64,000 bases of DNA, from the NCBI GenBank assembly GCA_963675525.2, contig CAXXSL010000016.1, positions 1-64,000 of the forward strand, read 5' to 3'. Below the pieces are notes generated by a model. The model worked only from the letters and a program-made list of their open reading frames with translations, ran no database searches and had not been told where the DNA came from. Positions 42,089-51,976 of the stretch are shown here, piece after piece. The first letter of the stretch is position 1, and each line of letters starts with the position of its first letter. A program made the translations under genes and the position numbers. Source of the DNA: Anaerohalosphaeraceae bacterium. Lineage in GTDB: Bacteria > Planctomycetota > Phycisphaerae > Sedimentisphaerales > Anaerohalosphaeraceae.

Positions 42089-44191
42089 TTACTGTTTCTT
42101 CAAGTGAACATCCAGTTCAATGGTCTGACCATCAGAAACAGCAATCGTCATTTTGTCACTGGTTCGCCGTTTATCTCCTTCGAGAACGGCTTCAATCTCA
42201 TAGACGCCGGGACGGATGTTTTCGATCACGTAATTACCCTTTCGGTTTGTCTTTTCGCTGCGATAAAATTCGTGAGTAACAGTACAATATCCATCGTAGC
42301 CCCATTGAATACTTTTGCTCAGCCGAACAGTGACATTCTTTACCGGGTTGCCGTCCCGGTCCAATACCCGCCCGCTGGCGGCACATGTATCCTGCCGTAA
42401 ATCGATTACAAGATCGTCTACGTTTTGGCCGCCTTGTGCGTAAATAATAAAACTGCCCACATGCTCCTTATTTGTCTCAGAATTCAACGCTTTGTACTGA
42501 AAGACATAAGCGCCTTCTGGGACTTGATTAAAATTAAATCTGCCTTCTTCGTCTGTTGTCTTGCCGCCGTGCCCACCTCCACTTGATGCTGAACCCGGAT
42601 TGCGATAGGCGGTCATTTCGTCCAGCAGTGCCACCGCTCCTTTTACCGGCTTGCCATCCCAACCGATCAACTGACCTCGGATCTCACCATGCGGTAAAAT
42701 ATCAATACGACGGTTTTCCTTAAGATGATATGAACTGAGCGAAGTACGCCGCTGCTCAAAGCCTTCTGCCTTAATACTGACAGAGCACCGTACCCATTTA
42801 CCCTTTAAATTCTCAAGTACTTCCGGTAAAATAAAAACACCTCGTGAGTCGGTAGTCAAGGAAGCCCCGTTCCATTCTTTCGTGTTTTTTTGACGGGTCT
42901 TTTGATCTTCGATGGTAATTTCATTGTCAAAGACGACACTTGCACCGCCGATACCGCTGCCGCGGGAGTCGACGATCATCATCTCACTCTCGGCTAAACC
43001 CTCCGGCAATGGAACCTCAAACAGAGACTCCTTGTGATTGTGGAACTTGGGCAAACTATCATCCTGTCGTTCGAGAAGCAGATTGAATGTGACTTCCTGT
43101 TTTCCGGCTAGATAGATGTTCAGCGGGTCGCCGGATTTGTAGTTCTTACTTTTTTCATAAGGGTACTGCCCCTGAAGCTGATACTCCCCCGCTGGGATAT
43201 GGGTTAGCACATAATTGCCGTTCTCGTCAGTTGGTGCCGATTTTAAATTTTCCGTTGATGAAGACCAGCCGCTGCCATCCTCGAAACAGCGTTTTATAAC
43301 GCGATACAAAATCGCGTTCACACCGCCCATGGGACGGTTGTACCTGTCCACGACTCTGCCTTTGATTGTCCCTCGACTTTGCCGCAAATCCAAAAAGACA
43401 TTAGACTTAACCTCGCCGTCTTTCATGTTAATCATCTGGAACGTCGCGTATTCTTTGAATGGAATTATTTCGGCTTGATCCTCTGGTTTGCATCCGCCCG
43501 CATGGCCGGGAAATTTAACCACATGCAGTCCCGGTGGAACGTTTTCGAAGACAAATCCGCCGGTTTCATCGGTTTTGACATTGGCACTGTAACAGCCGCC
43601 GCAAGACACGCCGGGATTTTTGTAGTAGGTATGAGGGTTCAGCCAAATGGGGGCATTCCCAATGGGCTGACCATTGGGATCAATAATCGCTCCTTCAATG
43701 CGTCCGATTCGAAAAATATCGATTTGGCCATTATCTTCAGAATAATTGATACCAACGCCCGCATCCTTTCGCGGCAGAAATCCTTGCGCTTCGATGCTGA
43801 TACGAATCGAGGGTTTTTGCTCTTCGTCTTCAAGTTGCCAGATTTCGGGTGGATAGGCAAATTCGCCCTTTTCATTTGTTGTAACAGTTGTATCCTGCCA
43901 AACGGGCGGTTCTTCGGTTGGGTTGCCGTTACAATCCCGGCCAAGGTACTTTGTAAAGGCTACCGTGGCTTCGGGCACGCCGTTGCCGTCCTGATCGACC
44001 ACACGAGCTAACTCGGCACCCCATTTGATCGAATACGGCGATGGTTCCGAATTCTTAAACAAAGTTAAAGCGTTTACTTCAATGAACCCTGGTTTGGGTA
44101 TGTGAAAAACTCGATGCACAAAAAACATGCCTACTAACGCCGCAATCATCAATAATATACACAAAGACGCCTTCTTTGGCATTGTTAACAC
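42089..44191 (-). CDS. Membrane-anchored/secreted protein with carboxypeptidase-regulatory-like (prealbumin-fold) repeats
   Basis: N-terminal TM; repeated 'G.V.D.DG.PV....V.L...TD..G.F/Y....V.PG.Y' units in two homologous halves. Confidence 0.8.
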   Translation of the reverse strand: MLTMPKKASLCILLMIAALVGMFFVHRVFHIPKPGFIEVNALTLFKNSEPSPYSIKWGAELARVVDQDGNGVPEATVAFTKYLGRDCNGNPTEEPPVWQDTTVTTNEKGEFAYPPEIWQLEDEEQKPSIRISIEAQGFLPRKDAGVGINYSEDNGQIDIFRIGRIEGAIIDPNGQPIGNAPIWLNPHTYYKNPGVSCGGCYSANVKTDETGGFVFENVPPGLHVVKFPGHAGGCKPEDQAEIIPFKEYATFQMINMKDGEVKSNVFLDLRQSRGTIKGRVVDRYNRPMGGVNAILYRVIKRCFEDGSGWSSSTENLKSAPTDENGNYVLTHIPAGEYQLQGQYPYEKSKNYKSGDPLNIYLAGKQEVTFNLLLERQDDSLPKFHNHKESLFEVPLPEGLAESEMMIVDSRGSGIGGASVVFDNEITIEDQKTRQKNTKEWNGASLTTDSRGVFILPEVLENLKGKWVRCSVSIKAEGFEQRRTSLSSYHLKENRRIDILPHGEIRGQLIGWDGKPVKGAVALLDEMTAYRNPGSASSGGGHGGKTTDEEGRFNFNQVPEGAYVFQYKALNSETNKEHVGSFIIYAQGGQNVDDLVIDLRQDTCAASGRVLDRDGNPVKNVTVRLSKSIQWGYDGYCTVTHEFYRSEKTNRKGNYVIENIRPGVYEIEAVLEGDKRRTSDKMTIAVSDGQTIELDVHLKKQ

Positions 44192-44610
44192 TCCTCTAAA
44201 GCTAACGATTCATACGCTGTCCATTTTTATAGACGCCATAGTGTATAAATTGTTACATCTTTTCTGTCAACTTTCAAAAAGAACAGAGGGGATAAAAGAT
44301 GGTAAAAATGCTCTTGTCATAGATACAGAGCATGTCAGATATCTTTTTGAGTTGATATCGTTGTTTTTGGGGTTAGGAGAAATAGAGCAGGCCAGACACC
44401 TTTATCGTAACGCTTTTTATATTCTACGCTTATGAACCAGTCTGTTTATGGCCTTAACTCCGTCATCATAAAAAATCCGCCTTCTCCTTCTTTTCATACC
44501 ATTTGTGATTAAAAAAATAACTCCGGTAAATCCCGTAATCCTGTCTAAAACAAAAAAATCAGCACTTACTCACGAAAACGCTGAGCCACAGAAAAAAAAC
44601 AACTCGTCCA

Positions 44611-45498
44611 TCAGGACAGCTTGGTAATCATGTAGCCGATATTGGTGGTCAGCAGGATGAGGTAGTCCAGGTCTTGTAGACTGTAATGTGGGTGTTCTTT
44701 GGAGTTTTCGATATAGACGATGCCGTGATAGTCTTTACCCACCATGATCGGGGCAATGATCACTGAGCGAATGCCGCGGTTGGCAATCTGCCGGGGCAAT
44801 TGGTGAATCAGCAGGTATTTGTTTTTCTCCTGGGCTTCGGCCAAACTGGCCGGAACCGCCAAGTCCTGACGTTCAATGTGTTCGGTGGTCAGTTTTCGAC
44901 CGCCCTGAATATTCATCGGCCCGGCCGTCTGCGAGCGGACAGCCACCCAGACATTCAACGCTTTGAACTGGCGGAACAGAATATCGACCACCGCCTGATA
45001 AAGCTTGTCCAGGCTCTGCTGCTGGCAGATCGCCTCCAGCGCTTCGTGGTAATGTTTCATTTTTTTCGCCGGAAACTTCACCGGCGGCGCATCTCCTGCA
45101 TCCAGATTTCGCTCGACCGTATGCAGTTCTTTTCGAATATGATTATGACCGACAAGTGTATCTTCCATTTCGATCTTTTTTTCCTGATCTTCATCGTCTT
45201 CGAGGCTGACGCGGATCAGAAAGTCGGCAACACGCACCACATCATTGTGCTTCAGTTCGGTTTTGTGGATGGCCTGGCTGTTGAGATAGGTTTTGTTGGA
45301 AGAACCCAGATCCTCAATGATCCATGAACCGTCTTTGGTGGTGTAAAAGACGGCGTGCTGGCGGGAAACGGCTTTGTCTGGCAGAAAAACCTGACTGCCC
45401 ATTTGACGCCCCACATAAATCGGACCTTTGTCGAACTTCAGTTCGTTGACACTGCTCTCGCCGAGACTGATAAAAAGCCGCATTTGCCGGCCCTCCAT
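44611..45498 (-). CDS. FHA + GAF domain protein
   Basis: 'VGRQ','VSRQHA','DLGSSNKTYLN' FHA; 'IRSVIIAPI...GIVYIEN...DLDYL' GAF. Confidence 0.9.
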   Translation of the reverse strand: MEGRQMRLFISLGESSVNELKFDKGPIYVGRQMGSQVFLPDKAVSRQHAVFYTTKDGSWIIEDLGSSNKTYLNSQAIHKTELKHNDVVRVADFLIRVSLEDDEDQEKKIEMEDTLVGHNHIRKELHTVERNLDAGDAPPVKFPAKKMKHYHEALEAICQQQSLDKLYQAVVDILFRQFKALNVWVAVRSQTAGPMNIQGGRKLTTEHIERQDLAVPASLAEAQEKNKYLLIHQLPRQIANRGIRSVIIAPIMVGKDYHGIVYIENSKEHPHYSLQDLDYLILLTTNIGYMITKLS

Positions 45499-45701
45499 TT
45501 AATCCAGATGTAACTTTATTTTAACAATACCGGGTCCGTTTGTCAAAAATCTCTTCAACTAAAAAATGCGTTTGTCGTACACTTTATTGAAATAGTACAG
45601 AACGGATAGCTTTTATTTGCACAAAGCCGCGATTATTCTCAAAAAACTGTCTTTTTACTTGAAAAACGTCATTTAGAGTGATAATCTACGCCAAGTCTTT
45701 C

Positions 45702-45786
45702 GGAGGAGTGTCCGAGCGGCTTATGGTGACGGTCTTGAAAACCGTTGTGCAGAGATGTACCGGGGGTTCGAATCCCTCCTCCTCCG
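45702..45786 (+). tRNA. tRNA-Ser (TGA)
   Basis: GGAGGAG/CTCCTCC acceptor, ACGGT-CT-TGA-AA-ACCGT arm, long variable arm, GTTCGAATC. Confidence 0.96.
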
Positions 45787-45793
45787 CTGTTGA

Positions 45794-45830
45794 AACGTCG
45801 GTGTCAATCAAAGACATCGGCGTTTTTTTA
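45794..45830 (+). terminator. Terminator after tRNA-Ser
   Basis: AAACGTCGGTGTC...GACATCGGCGTTT + T-run. Confidence 0.85.
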
Positions 45831-46220
45831 TTGCCTAACTGTTCTAAATCTAAAGGCTTGCAGACAGGAGGGTTTTCGGAGGCACTCATATTTTGCATCG
45901 TCTGGGTTATGCCAATCAATGCTGATTGATTAAATCCAGAGTAAGCGTTTCTTGCAAGTTTTTTGTAAGCTGGTTTGTAAGGGCCATCGGCTGGCTCTCT
46001 TTTTTGTGCTTTCTTTCGGTAAAATGTAACTATGTTTAGTTTTTAAAGCATATACAAACGGCTTTAATAACCATTTGCCCTCAATTTCGTATAATAATCA
46101 TAAGCTTATGTGAGCTGGATGGTTGTGATTTGTGTATTTGAAACTCCACTTTTGAACTACAACCATTGCTACATCTAAATGACTATTATCTGTTAACATT
46201 TTACGTGTGAGGGCAGTACA

Positions 46221-47333
46221 ATGGCAACTCAAAAAAGAAAAACCCGTTCTGACAAATTCCCGCTAACACGACACCCAACCGGACAATACTGCAAAAAGAT
46301 TCATGGCAAAATTTATTACTTCGGCTCGGATAAGCAGGAAGCACTTCAACGATATATTGACCAGGCGGCGTATTTGCATGGAAGCAATCATAATTCTCAA
46401 AGACCCGTTGATGATTCAATTACACTAAAACAATTGTGTGATATGTTCCTAAAGTATCAATTCACCAAAGTGAAAGCCAATGCAATCACAGCTCAGCATT
46501 ACAACGATCAGATCAGCAGCCTGAACGTGCTCATGTCCTTTCTGGGGCAAAGACGCAGCATCAAAGATATTTCAACACTCGATTTGCAAAACTATAAACG
46601 AAAATTGCAGAAACACTACAATAAATCGAGCCATCGATTGAATTTGCATATCAGCAACTTGAAAACACTATTTCACTGGGCTAAGAAAAACGATGTTCTG
46701 AAACAAATCCCCAACATTGATGCTATCAGCAGGAGCAAACTCACCAATAGACAACGCAGGATTTTTACGCATGAGGAAATTAACAAATTGCTCGTAGTTG
46801 CTGATACCCAAATGAAAGCCATGATATGGCTGGGACTAAATTGTGGTTTTGGATGTACTGATTGCTCTGACCTTCAGTGGAAAAACCTTGATCTTACTAA
46901 TGCCCGGGTAGAATTCCCCAGGGGAAAAACTGGCATCCAAAGAGACCTACCTTTATGGTCTGAAACAATCAGTGCCCTAAAAGCAGTTCCCAAGAAAGGC
47001 AAGTTGGTATTCTATACAGCCAGAGGAAACCCGTTCGTCCGGAGCGTTTTGAAGACAGACGCCAATGGTAACCAGAAATATTCAATTTTGAATACTATTA
47101 CAACAAAGTTTTCGAGGTTGCTCAAAAAGGCTCGCCTGAATGTTCCCAAAGGAACAGGATTTTACACACTTCGGAGAACAGCAGCCACCATGGCCGCTCG
47201 TTCGGGTGACCCTTTTGCGGTTCAACGACTACTTGGTCACGCAAATTTGTTAATGGCCACACGATATGTGCAGGATGTTTCCAAGCAGACGGATAAGGTG
47301 ATTGAGAAAAGCAGAATGCTAGTCATTTTCTAA
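46221..47333 (+). CDS. Tyrosine recombinase/integrase with atypical catalytic motifs
   Basis: 'RGKTG', 'FYTLRRT', 'VQRLLGH', 'ATRYV'; box I reads 'GLNCGFGCTD'. Confidence 0.9.
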   Translation: MATQKRKTRSDKFPLTRHPTGQYCKKIHGKIYYFGSDKQEALQRYIDQAAYLHGSNHNSQRPVDDSITLKQLCDMFLKYQFTKVKANAITAQHYNDQISSLNVLMSFLGQRRSIKDISTLDLQNYKRKLQKHYNKSSHRLNLHISNLKTLFHWAKKNDVLKQIPNIDAISRSKLTNRQRRIFTHEEINKLLVVADTQMKAMIWLGLNCGFGCTDCSDLQWKNLDLTNARVEFPRGKTGIQRDLPLWSETISALKAVPKKGKLVFYTARGNPFVRSVLKTDANGNQKYSILNTITTKFSRLLKKARLNVPKGTGFYTLRRTAATMAARSGDPFAVQRLLGHANLLMATRYVQDVSKQTDKVIEKSRMLVIF

Positions 47334-47379
47334 TATTTGAAAATTTGTTATTTAGCAGAAACAAATCATAAAAAGCATA

Positions 47380-48498
47380 TTATACCTTGACTCGCTCTCG
47401 ATTCATACGATCTACAGGGTCAGAATGGTCAACGTTCTCATATTCTTGCATGATTTTTTGGATTAGTTGTTTCACCGATACAATTTCGTTGCAACGCCAG
47501 GCATTACTGCCGGCAAAAGCAAACGCCTGATCCATTTTCCCCTCTGATGCCCTTGCTAATACTTCGGCAATACAGTAAGGTGCTGTCAATGGATCACAGG
47601 TCTTCAGGCACTGGTATTTGCACTTAAAGGGAATAGTATGACCTTTATTTATATTTTCAACAAATGCATTCCGAATCACTCTGCCAGGTAAACCCACTGG
47701 ACTCTTTATCAGTGTAATATCCTCTGGGGTCGCTTCAAGGTAAGCCTGCTTGAATCTTATATTCGCATCGCATTCTTCGGTGCAGACAAACCGTGTAGCC
47801 ATCTGGACGCCTGCCGCCCCTGCGTTGAGATAGTGTGCCATTTCCTGCCCCGTAAAAATGCCCCCAGCCGCAATAACCGGGATCTGATTCGGTAGTTTCC
47901 GTGTGAATTCCAGAACATCCTCAAGCGTTTTGTCCAATGTGGGACAGTTCTGCTCGAGTTGCTCCAGACTGTATCCGAGATGACCGCCGGCCTTCATGCC
48001 TTCAACAATAACCGCATCGGGACAGCGATTAAAATCTTTCATCCATTTCCGGTGAATAATTTTCAGTGATCTGACCGACGAAACAACCGGGATCAGTTGA
48101 ATATTCGTTCCGGCAGTATAGGCGGGCAAATGCAGGGGTAATCCGGCCCCCGAAATGATCATGTCCACATTCTCTTCAACACAAACACCGACCAATGATT
48201 CGTAGTTTGACAAAGCAACCATCGCATTAACACCAAGCACCCCAGAAGTCATCTGACGGGCCTTTCGGATTTCGGTTCGTAGTGCAACTCGGTTCACTTC
48301 TTCAAAATCTGCGCCGGGAGAATGTTCATAGTCGCCCAGACCCACGCTGGCGATCACGCCAGCACATCCTTCGTTCGCAACAGCCGATGCGAGATTAGCC
48401 TTAGATACTCTTACTCCCATGCCACCTTGGATGATCGGGGGATTAATAGAGAGATGACCGATTCTAAGAGAGTGTAATTTTCGCATAAAAACCATCAT
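47380..48498 (-). CDS. Nitronate monooxygenase / FabK-like flavoprotein
   Basis: 'PIIQGGMGV', 'VEG.KAGGHLG', 'IAAGGI', 'VQMATRF'. Confidence 0.92.
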   Translation of the reverse strand: MMVFMRKLHSLRIGHLSINPPIIQGGMGVRVSKANLASAVANEGCAGVIASVGLGDYEHSPGADFEEVNRVALRTEIRKARQMTSGVLGVNAMVALSNYESLVGVCVEENVDMIISGAGLPLHLPAYTAGTNIQLIPVVSSVRSLKIIHRKWMKDFNRCPDAVIVEGMKAGGHLGYSLEQLEQNCPTLDKTLEDVLEFTRKLPNQIPVIAAGGIFTGQEMAHYLNAGAAGVQMATRFVCTEECDANIRFKQAYLEATPEDITLIKSPVGLPGRVIRNAFVENINKGHTIPFKCKYQCLKTCDPLTAPYCIAEVLARASEGKMDQAFAFAGSNAWRCNEIVSVKQLIQKIMQEYENVDHSDPVDRMNRERVKV

Positions 48499-48755
48499 TC
48501 ATCAGGACACTATCAGTAGCTAATAAGCATAAAAAAATGACCGCGGTTGATGAACAAAACCTTCTGTTGACCAGAATCGGCTAATTCGAACCAACTCGTG
48601 AATCCCACAGTATCATCTCATTATGCTGCCATTACGGAGCTATTATCCTCTTTTATCAGATAATTGCAAGTGCATTCCTTTTTTCTTTGAAAGCCTACTG
48701 GTTTGTGGATAAACTAAATGTGATTTGGAATTCAGTTTGAAAGGAGATTTGACTT

Positions 48756-49160
48756 ATGCAGATTTCAAGAATGCTTTTGACATACGCTGTGAGTGTCCCT
48801 GTGTTTTTTGCTGTCGACATGATTTGGCTTGGTGTGATTGCCAAGGGTTTTTACCGAAAAGCACTTGAGCCCCTACTGACCCCGAACATTAACTGGATAG
48901 CGGCCATCATCTTCTATTTTCTGTTTCTTGCCGGGATATTGATTTTTGCCCTAATCCCGGGAATGGCAAAACGTTCATTGGGCTATACCGTTCTAATGGC
49001 CGCCTTGTTTGGTTTTATCGCGTATGCAACCTACGATTTGACCAATCTGGCGACGCTTCGTGATTGGCCCTTGATACTGTCGATTGTCGATATGCTGTGG
49101 GGTGCTTTTTTGTCAGCATCGACAGCGGCAATAACATATCTTATTATGAGCCGGATATAA
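48756..49160 (+). CDS. DUF2177 family membrane protein
   Basis: 'DMIWLG', 'AYATYDLTNLATLRDWP', 'DMLWG'. Confidence 0.9.
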   Translation: MQISRMLLTYAVSVPVFFAVDMIWLGVIAKGFYRKALEPLLTPNINWIAAIIFYFLFLAGILIFALIPGMAKRSLGYTVLMAALFGFIAYATYDLTNLATLRDWPLILSIVDMLWGAFLSASTAAITYLIMSRI

Positions 49161-49940
49161 TCAACATGGTTTTGTCTTAAACCAAGGAATAATCATCGAT
49201 GTCGTTTCCTGATATTGGCGGTATGTCTCTGGTTTGGATTTAAGAGACTGCCGCTCTGAAATGGGACCTGTGATAAACCTCATTGTCAGCGATAGCATTA
49301 TCGGCGAGATTAACCCAAGCCATCCCAGATGAGTCGGTAGCCCGATAAATGCAAATCCAGACCATAAAAGTATTTCAAAAAAATAATTCGGATGTCGGGA
49401 ATAATTCCAAACACCAAATTGACAAACCTTGCCTCGATTCTCTGGATGCGTTCGAAATCGGTGTAATTGGGCGTCCGCTGCAATGGAACCTCCATAGCCA
49501 ACACACCATAATATTAATCCGGTTATTGCATAAACGGAGTCAACCATTGAGCTTTGGGCGGTAAAGATAAACACAAACCCTACGACGGCTTGGAAACAGG
49601 CCTGAATGAGATAATGGATCAGAAAAAAGACGGGTGCAGAGATCTTCTGTTTGTGTTGAAGCGACTCATATCGGGCATCTTTTTTCCCAAGGCGGAGCCG
49701 CGTCCAAAAGAGATATCCGCCAAGACGAAGTCCCCAAAGCAGCACCAGTACGCTGGTCAGGATCTTTCCTATAGTTAAAGTCCCAAAGGTCAAATTGTGC
49801 GCTAATCCCATCAGGGTCAAACCGATTGCCCATCCTAAATCCACTACCGCTGGATTTTTCTTCCACAGATAGAAAAACCACAATATGGTCAGCGTTCCGG
49901 CACCAATAAGCAGATTCAGTAATATCCCCGTCACAATCAT
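49161..49940 (-). CDS. DUF1295 / steroid 5-alpha reductase-like membrane protein
   Basis: 'WGLRLG', 'DARY', 'ADAQL', 'WNYSRHPNYFFE'. Confidence 0.9.
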   Translation of the reverse strand: MIVTGILLNLLIGAGTLTILWFFYLWKKNPAVVDLGWAIGLTLMGLAHNLTFGTLTIGKILTSVLVLLWGLRLGGYLFWTRLRLGKKDARYESLQHKQKISAPVFFLIHYLIQACFQAVVGFVFIFTAQSSMVDSVYAITGLILWCVGYGGSIAADAQLHRFRTHPENRGKVCQFGVWNYSRHPNYFFEILLWSGFAFIGLPTHLGWLGLISPIMLSLTMRFITGPISERQSLKSKPETYRQYQETTSMIIPWFKTKPC

Positions 49941-51976
49941 TTTTCGGTGTCCTTGGGTTGTTTAGGCTGAATTGTTTTTTGGTTAAAGTCAGTGATTAAA
50001 TCCCGATTTCTCGGACGCGTTAGGATGATTTGAAGATCATCAATATAGTGTTGTGCGAATCCGGCTTGACAGTATGAAAAATAATATTCCCAACGACGAA
50101 TAAAGCTTTCAGGGAAGCCCATCTCTATAATTGTTTTGCGATTGCCAAGGAATCGCTCTTTCCATCGGGCCAAGGTCAATGCATAGTGGAGACCGATGCT
50201 TTCAACGTGTTTGATAACAAACGATGTGTGCTCCGTCAGGACGTCTGTAAGAGCCGTCAGCGATGGAAGCAAGCCTCCCGGGAATATAAAGAGACGCATC
50301 CAATCGGTCGTTTTGGAATAAGACTTGTATCGCTGGTCAGGAATCGTAATCGTTTGAAGGACCAAGATACCGTCAGGTTTTAGCAAATGGTCACAACTAC
50401 GGAAAAAAGTCGGGTAGTAGGCCTTTCCAACTGCTTCAAGCATTTCAACCGAAACAATTCGGTCGTACTGGCCGGTCATATTGCGGTAGTCGCAAAGCAA
50501 CACGGTAACCCTGTCGGACAATCCAGCTTGAGCAATCCGTTGCTGTGCTAATTGCTGTTGCTCTTTTGAGAGCGTGATCGAGGTTACACGGCAACCGTAG
50601 AGTGTTGCAGCACGTATCGCCAGAGTTCCCCACCCGGTCCCGATTTCGAGCAAATGGTGATTTTCAGAAAGGTGGGCCTTTTCTAAAATCCGGTCGATTT
50701 TTCGAAGTTGGGCATCTTTCAGATCTTCACTTTTATGGCCAAAGACCGCACAGGAATATGTCATTGTTTCGTCCAGAAACATCTCATACATCGCATTACT
50801 AAGATCGTAGTGTTGTGAAATATTTTTTTGTGCCTGCTTAAGGGTATTTTTGTTACGGAAGTGCCATGCCAAATAGAAGGTTTTAACGAACCGGGAATAC
50901 CAAGGTGTTCGAATCGGATGTGCCAGCGTTGCGCTCAGCATGAAATCCATAAATTGAACAAGATTGTCCGATTTCCAATACCCTTTTTCGTATGCGATTC
51001 CTAATCCAATCTCATCGGCCTTGGCAAGCAGACTAAAGAACCGGTAGTCTTTGATTTCTAAATCGACGGACTGACCTGAACCTGCAGGTCCAAAGATATG
51101 ACGTTCGCCTTCTGGAAGTGTGACCGTGATTTCGGCAGTCGTTTGTTTTTTCAAAAAGGAAAAGAAAAATTTCATGCCCTGGCGGGCCAGCCATGAGGGA
51201 CGTTGTTTTCTCATTGTGAACTCACTCTGTGGGATGGGTTTGGGGTAAATGGGCAATTTTTTCTGAAAATACAACGTCACTGCCTGCCGTATAATTCGCG
51301 GCATATTGAGCATAGCATTAAAGGGGTATTTTAACAAGGTCCGGTAGAGTTCACGGTATGTCAACGGTCGTCCTCGTCCTGTCAGCCGGGCCCAAAAGAC
51401 AGGCTTTTCGCCACATTCCGGTCTTGTTAATTCGATGGCGATATCAATTTCCTGTTCGTTCGCCTTAAATCGAATCTTATATTGCCCCTTCAGATCAAAG
51501 AATGGTGAAACGTGAAATGCCTTGGGTATCTTAAAACAGAGCGTCTCAGATTGCATTTCCATTTTCTGCAGCACGTATAAATGTGCCTCACGGAAGGTGT
51601 TATGCACCTCAGCCAGAACGAGCTGGCAGCAATCGGAATCATCATAACAGACAAAAAAACTCGCCGGCCGAAAGATTACATTAAAATATTTAGCAAAGCT
51701 GATGAGGTCTATGCGTTTGATAGGCTTATTATAATCTATTTTCTTAAGCACTTCGGCAATCTTTTCTTTGAGAGGCTGATTCCCTCGCCAGAGGTAGTCC
51801 TTGTCGTCCATGCGAATGACTGAAAAGCGATTGTATCCGAATCCAGGTAATGTGCGGTCCAATTCGGGTAATTCATCAAGGTCAAATCGATAGAAATAGA
51901 CGGGGTATGAGAAGTTGTGTTTTTGGGGCCAGCGGCGGCCATGTGATACAACGCCGGTGAAAATCTGTGAATTCAC
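49937..51976 (-). CDS. DUF1365 domain fused to a cyclopropane-fatty-acyl-phospholipid synthase-like SAM methyltransferase
   Basis: N: 'GVVSHGR..P..HNFSY', 'EVHNT', 'KAFHVSPF'; C: 'NISQHYDLSN', 'MTYSCA', 'LEIGTGWG', 'SVEMLEAVG', 'IFPGG', 'WEYYFSYC'. Confidence 0.92.
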   Translation of the reverse strand: MNSQIFTGVVSHGRRWPQKHNFSYPVYFYRFDLDELPELDRTLPGFGYNRFSVIRMDDKDYLWRGNQPLKEKIAEVLKKIDYNKPIKRIDLISFAKYFNVIFRPASFFVCYDDSDCCQLVLAEVHNTFREAHLYVLQKMEMQSETLCFKIPKAFHVSPFFDLKGQYKIRFKANEQEIDIAIELTRPECGEKPVFWARLTGRGRPLTYRELYRTLLKYPFNAMLNMPRIIRQAVTLYFQKKLPIYPKPIPQSEFTMRKQRPSWLARQGMKFFFSFLKKQTTAEITVTLPEGERHIFGPAGSGQSVDLEIKDYRFFSLLAKADEIGLGIAYEKGYWKSDNLVQFMDFMLSATLAHPIRTPWYSRFVKTFYLAWHFRNKNTLKQAQKNISQHYDLSNAMYEMFLDETMTYSCAVFGHKSEDLKDAQLRKIDRILEKAHLSENHHLLEIGTGWGTLAIRAATLYGCRVTSITLSKEQQQLAQQRIAQAGLSDRVTVLLCDYRNMTGQYDRIVSVEMLEAVGKAYYPTFFRSCDHLLKPDGILVLQTITIPDQRYKSYSKTTDWMRLFIFPGGLLPSLTALTDVLTEHTSFVIKHVESIGLHYALTLARWKERFLGNRKTIIEMGFPESFIRRWEYYFSYCQAGFAQHYIDDLQIILTRPRNRDLITDFNQKTIQPKQPKDTEK

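Noticed and set aside
45760..45790. attL/attR duplication of the tRNA-Ser 3' end
   Set aside because: No second copy found by eye downstream in the window.
45678..45933. Short ORFs over tRNA-Ser (and 18533..18748 over tRNA-Leu)
   Set aside because: They overlap clear tRNA genes.
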